Positions 59,856 to 64,000 of a stretch of 64,000 nucleotides of DNA are shown here, in pieces. The DNA is taken from the NCBI GenBank assembly GCA_963666985.2, contig CAXXIA010000002.1:2976001-3040000 (forward strand). Direction: 5' to 3'. A program made the translations under genes and the position numbers. Numbering within the stretch: the first letter of the stretch is position 1; every line of letters begins with the position of its first letter. Source of the DNA: Spirochaetia bacterium (lineage in GTDB: Bacteria; Spirochaetota; Spirochaetia; DSM-2461). Under the pieces are notes generated by a model. It did no database searches. It was not told where the DNA came from and saw only the letters and a list, made by a program, of their open reading frames with translations.

Positions 59856-60701
59856 ATGATTAAAACGAACTACCACACGCACAACGAATTCTGCGACGGT
59901 AAAGGGACCGTCGAGGAGTATATCGCCGCCGCCGTTGAAAAAGGATTCGCGGCTTTGGGCTTTTCCTCGCATGCTCCCCTTCCTGTGAAAAACGAGTGGA
60001 CCCTTAAAGATGAGAATCTTCCGAAATATCTGGCGGAAGTGGAAAGGCAGAAAGAAAAGTGGAAGAATCGTCTCCAGGTGTACAAGGGACTGGAGATCGA
60101 CTATATCCCCGGTTCCTCGGCGCCGGGGGATGCCGAATGGGATGAGCTGAAGCTGGATTACCGGATCGGGTCGGTCCATACCACAGTCGGTTTGGATTTG
60201 AATCCCGAATTCCATTGCGTGGACGGACCGACGGAAGGTCTTAACAGGCTTTTGGAAGAAATTCATGAAGGATCGTTCAATAATCTCTGTGAAGCCTATT
60301 TCACCCGGATCGCGGAACTCGTGAGAATGGGAGGATTTCAGATTCTCGGTCATTTCGATTTGGTGAAAAAACATAACCGGGACGGCGCATACTTTTCGGA
60401 AGCCTCTCCCTGGTACCACCGACAGGTGAAAACAACCTTGGATGTTCTTGCCGGGAGCGGCATTATCATGGAAGTGAATTCCGGAGCCATCTCCCGGGGC
60501 TATCTTGATGAGGTATATCCTTCGGATTGGATTCTTTCCGAGGCTTTGGAACGGAATATTCCCGTAATGATCAACGCCGACGCGCATCGCCCCGAGGACA
60601 TCGACTGCAATTTCGAAGAGTCCCGCGTCCTTTTGCGGGAGACCGGCTATCGGGAAGTCTGGGCGCTGCTGGACGGAGACTGGACGGCGGTTCCCCTTTA
60701 G
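59856..60701 (+). CDS. hisJ: Histidinol-phosphatase, PHP family
   Basis: NYHTHNEFCDG, GFSSHAP, GLEIDY, GSVH, GHFDL, ADAH. Confidence 0.85.
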   Translation: MIKTNYHTHNEFCDGKGTVEEYIAAAVEKGFAALGFSSHAPLPVKNEWTLKDENLPKYLAEVERQKEKWKNRLQVYKGLEIDYIPGSSAPGDAEWDELKLDYRIGSVHTTVGLDLNPEFHCVDGPTEGLNRLLEEIHEGSFNNLCEAYFTRIAELVRMGGFQILGHFDLVKKHNRDGAYFSEASPWYHRQVKTTLDVLAGSGIIMEVNSGAISRGYLDEVYPSDWILSEALERNIPVMINADAHRPEDIDCNFEESRVLLRETGYREVWALLDGDWTAVPL

Positions 60702-60888
60702 TTATTTGCCGATTCCCGCCGCCTCCCGAGTTTTATCACGTAGCGGAGATGGAAACGGCCGGGACTGCGGTTCGAGTTCCGTTCGCCGGTAAAGGCAAAT
60801 GGAATTCCGGTGTTTTTTCGATAAATATGGGATAATTCATTTCCAACGCATTAAAATGAACTGTAATAAATAAACCTCGGAGGTTTTC

Positions 60889-61287
60889 ATGGCATCGAAG
60901 AAACTCAATATCATCGGTATCCTTATTATTTTGGTCGGCGCTTTTATGCTTCTTGACGGTATTGCCGCACTGTCGCACAACACTCAAGGGTTGGGCGGAT
61001 TTTCGCATAATGTCAGCCGCGCTTTCGGCGGATCCGGCAATGCGGTTGCCATTATTTTTGCCGTTATTGAGCTGGTCGCGGGCGCTTTATTGATTTTAAG
61101 CCGGTTCACGTCCATCGGAGCGCTTGATTCGATCTTAAGAATCGGTGTTTTTATTTTCTGGATTGTCTTCATGGTTCTGTCTTTGGTTCTGGGAGGCAAC
61201 ATTAAAGCCATCGATACTCTCGGATGGTGGGTTTCCCTCGTGAATCAGCTGATTATTCTTACTATTCTCTGGATGATCAAAGAATAG
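60889..61287 (+). CDS. Small 4-TM membrane protein
   Basis: GGAGG SD; four hydrophobic helices. Confidence 0.8.
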   Translation: MASKKLNIIGILIILVGAFMLLDGIAALSHNTQGLGGFSHNVSRAFGGSGNAVAIIFAVIELVAGALLILSRFTSIGALDSILRIGVFIFWIVFMVLSLVLGGNIKAIDTLGWWVSLVNQLIILTILWMIKE

Positions 61288-61318
61288 TCTTAAAAAGGAA
61301 CTCTCCGGCTTTTTATAG

Positions 61319-61352
61319 GCGCATCGGGTGTTTTTCCGGTGCGCTTTTTTTT
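61319..61352 (+). terminator. Rho-independent terminator
   Basis: GCGCATCGG...CCGGTGCGC stem followed by T8. Confidence 0.75.
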
Positions 61353-61459
61353 CAGCGGACGTTTACAGCTGTGAATTCAGTCCGTCCGGACTTTTCTCGG
61401 GCCGTTTCGTGGGGCATGATAATCGGAGTGAATGCCGCCCCGAATGGAGATTTTTCTCA

Positions 61460-62122
61460 ATGACTCTCAATATTATCAGAACTCGTGAACCTGTTCCCTA
61501 CCGTGAGGCTTATCGGAGGCAGAAAGAATTGCATGCTCGAAGAGTTGCCGGAGACATTCCCGATACGCTTTGGCTTCTGGAACATCCGCCTGTCATCACG
61601 ACAGGACTTCGAAAGGATCAGGAGAACAATATCCTGATAAATCCGTCCGCCGTCGGGGCCGAGCTGGTGGAGACCGAACGCGGAGGCGAGGTTACTTATC
61701 ACGGTCCCGGACAATTGGTGGGTTACTTATTTATCGGGATGGAAAATCATGGCTATCGTGTGAAGAGGTTCGTTGAGCGCCTGGAAGATGCCTTTATCCA
61801 GTACTTGGCCGATGAGCACGGTATTGAAGCCGGGCACGATTCGGAGCACACCGGCGTTTGGGTGGGAATGAACAAAATCACCGCCATCGGAATTGCTCTC
61901 AGAGAGCGGGTAACCTTCCACGGATTCGCGTTTAATGTGAATACCGATCTTTCGCATTTTAATTGGATCATTCCCTGCGGCATTGCCGAGGCCGGCAGGG
62001 GAGTTACCTCATTGGAAAAACTTCTCGGGGAAAAGGCGGATTTTGATGCCGTAGCCCGGAGTGTGGCGGAGACGGTCCGGGAGGCTTTGGGTTACGATGA
62101 AGGACATTGTTCTGTCGAATAA
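61460..62122 (+). CDS. lipB: Lipoyl(octanoyl) transferase
   Basis: LLEHPPV.T.G, RGGEVTYHGPGQLVGY, KITAIG, HGFAFNV, I.PCG. Confidence 0.96.
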   Translation: MTLNIIRTREPVPYREAYRRQKELHARRVAGDIPDTLWLLEHPPVITTGLRKDQENNILINPSAVGAELVETERGGEVTYHGPGQLVGYLFIGMENHGYRVKRFVERLEDAFIQYLADEHGIEAGHDSEHTGVWVGMNKITAIGIALRERVTFHGFAFNVNTDLSHFNWIIPCGIAEAGRGVTSLEKLLGEKADFDAVARSVAETVREALGYDEGHCSVE

Positions 62123-62152
62123 ACTTCGCTGTAATGAACGCTGATTCTTCGA

Positions 62153-62485
62153 TCAGTTGTTAACCCATTCCATGATCCGCATGAAATCGATCTTCTGAGC
62201 TTTTTTTGTTTCTTCAATGAACACTTTGGAAGCATCCAGAGGATTCAGAGACTCGGGAAACGAAACGGACAATGAGACAATTGCGGGTTCCGTTTCGATA
62301 TTGATAATCATGTGCTTGGGAATCTTATGGAGATTTTCTTCACAGGAAGCTTGGAGCTTTTCTTCGGCATGATGAATGGAATAGGCCGCGATGCATTTAA
62401 CGTACTGCTCTTTTCCCAGCCATTCGATTTCATTGTTATTGGTTTCGATTGTCAGCTCAATAGCCGTTGAATTGTCGTTTTTCAT
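62153..62485 (-). CDS. Hypothetical protein
   Basis: GGGAGG SD; 110-aa ORF; no family recognised. Confidence 0.6.
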   Translation of the reverse strand: MKNDNSTAIELTIETNNNEIEWLGKEQYVKCIAAYSIHHAEEKLQASCEENLHKIPKHMIINIETEPAIVSLSVSFPESLNPLDASKVFIEETKKAQKIDFMRIMEWVNN

Positions 62486-62896
62486 AGAGACCTCCCATTT
62501 CCCGACTACAGCTCCCTAACCGGAAAATAGGATGTCTTAAGGAATCCGATATCAGGTAAAGCTTCGTTGATTCAGCTGTGTAAACTCATATTAACGGCTG
62601 GCTTTAACATAGGTCAATTCTTTATGAGAAAACAAGTTTGTGTATCCTGTCCGCAGGGAGACGTCCTGCGGTTCAGATACCTTCTCCGCCGGACGGTTAC
62701 TCTTTTTCAGCTCATGCGCGTGGGAGCGTGTTCCGCTGATTTCGTTGAACGTGCGATCCGGAAAATCCGGTGATTTTTTTGATTGCTTCGGAAGGTTCGG
62801 CCTTCACCGATTTTGAACATGAATGTGGATTTTTCTTCATCGCCGTGTCTTAAGAAGAAACAACGTATACCGATATACTGAAATTGGAGGAAGATT

Positions 62897-63364
62897 GTGA
62901 ATATGTATCTGCGAATGGTTGTTCTGAGTGTTTTTTTATCGATCCTTTCGATTCCCGTGTTCGCCGATGAACCGGATACCGTTCTTTTGGTTCGGGACTC
63001 TTCGGATTTCAAAGACGCTCTTGCGGACGATCTTCGGGAAATTTTGAGTGCCGAGGGGTATTCCGTCGCGGAAGAGGATTCGATGCGTTTTCTGAAAAAA
63101 ATCGATCCCTTCGCTTACACGGCCATTATCATCGTGAACACCGGCAAGGCGGGCCGGCCTCATTCCATGGTGCGTGATTTTCTGGATAAGGATGGAGCTC
63201 TGCCTTCCACGGTTGTGCTCACCACTTACTCGAAACCTTCCGGTTCCCGCTATGTTTATGCCGATCGGCCCGGGGTGGACGGAATAACCTCGGCGTCTCC
63301 TGATGATCGCGCCGTCATTCGGGATTTGGCCCGGGGCATCGTTTCGCGGCTTGAGCTCGAATAG
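62897..63364 (+). CDS. Exported hypothetical protein (possibly flavodoxin-like alpha/beta fold)
   Basis: GGAGG SD with GTG start; signal peptide ending PVFA; C-terminal VDGITSAS. Confidence 0.65.
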   Translation: MNMYLRMVVLSVFLSILSIPVFADEPDTVLLVRDSSDFKDALADDLREILSAEGYSVAEEDSMRFLKKIDPFAYTAIIIVNTGKAGRPHSMVRDFLDKDGALPSTVVLTTYSKPSGSRYVYADRPGVDGITSASPDDRAVIRDLARGIVSRLELE

Positions 63365-63438
63365 CGGGTTAACCATCGCGGGAATCGGGCTCCGCCGGGG
63401 GAAATCCGGTATGCCGCTTTTCGGCAGCCTGTTTTTTC

Positions 63439-63900
63439 CTAGACGAATTTTCCGTAGCTTTTGAGCAGCAGGAAACTTTCGGTTGCCGAAACATCATCAA
63501 CCTCGGCCAGCTCTCCGGTGAGGAATTCCACCAGTCCGTGGTTGGAATCCACCAGGACTTCGGCCATGAGATCGTAACGGCCCGAAACGATGGAGACCGA
63601 GAGAACGTGGGGCAGTTCCGCGATTTCCCGGGCTTTGCGTTCCAGCAGGGATGCCTTGGCCACGTTTACCGCGACAACGGCGGCCTGCTGGTTTTCCAGG
63701 GCGTCGGGATTTATTCCCGCCGCCACGCGAAGCACGCCGGAGTCGCGGAGGCGTTTGAGCCGCTGACGAACGGTTCCCTCCGAAATGCCGAGTTCCCTTC
63801 CCAAGTCCATATTCGTTTCGTTTCCTTGGCGCAGGCGTTCGACAATGGCCCGGTCCGTTTCGTCCAGAGTTTCGCGCGGCGGGCGCTCTTTCGGGATCAT
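63439..63900 (-). CDS. Lrp/AsnC family regulator (AldR-like by context)
   Basis: LDETDRAIV..L, LGISEGTVRQR...L, VSGRYDL. Confidence 0.92.
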   Translation of the reverse strand: MIPKERPPRETLDETDRAIVERLRQGNETNMDLGRELGISEGTVRQRLKRLRDSGVLRVAAGINPDALENQQAAVVAVNVAKASLLERKAREIAELPHVLSVSIVSGRYDLMAEVLVDSNHGLVEFLTGELAEVDDVSATESFLLLKSYGKFV

Positions 63901-64000
63901 TCCAATAAATCCTGTACGGGTGTATATTTCCGGCCGAAGGCTTCCGCGACGCCCGGATAGGTGATGTTTCCGCGGTAGATATTCACGCCGGTTGCGATAG
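63897..64000 (-). CDS. ald: Alanine dehydrogenase C-terminus (partial)
   Basis: IATGVNIYRGNITYPGVAEAFG matches the Ald C-terminal pattern. ATGA overlap with the Lrp gene. Confidence 0.75.
   Translation of the reverse strand, partial: IATGVNIYRGNITYPGVAEAFGRKYTPVQDLLE

Noticed and set aside
62486..62896. 410-bp intergenic region with a hairpin (CCGCAGGG...TCCTGCGG) as a possible ncRNA
   Set aside because: No recognisable RNA family features; consistent with a divergent promoter region.

Overview
A mostly GC-rich bacterial chromosomal segment, most likely from a free-living spirochaete; this is inferred from the spirochaete-type RecJ, rpsU and lipoprotein signals. It carries housekeeping genes (recJ, rpsU, an M16C protease, a U32-family protein, rlmI, ilvD, hisJ, lipB, the ald C-terminus with an Lrp regulator) and several modules: an AT-richer sugar-uptake island (YesM/YesN-like two-component system plus ABC binding protein and permeases), a ROK regulator with two GH94 phosphorylases, an ABC-2 exporter operon, a hybrid sensor kinase with an HD-GYP regulator, and a DUF1214/sulfotransferase/SDR operon. 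The most notable observations are: (1) a standalone 61-aa bacterial histone gene with its own promoter and terminator; (2) an uncharacterised operon built around a nucleosidase-like/SPL-family radical SAM fusion with an SDR and a GT2; (3) rpsU starting at a non-canonical ATC codon and missed by the ORF track; (4) a broken caspase-FGE/CLec gene whose 3' end looks like a DGR variable region; (5) recurrent in-frame Gly/Ala/Ser-rich insertions in unrelated enzymes; (6) a leaderless leader-peptide attenuator upstream of the ABC exporter; (7) a class III cyclase with non-canonical active-site residues. I saw no rRNA, tRNA, CRISPR array, transposase or reverse transcriptase. All family calls come from motif recognition by eye, not from database searches.
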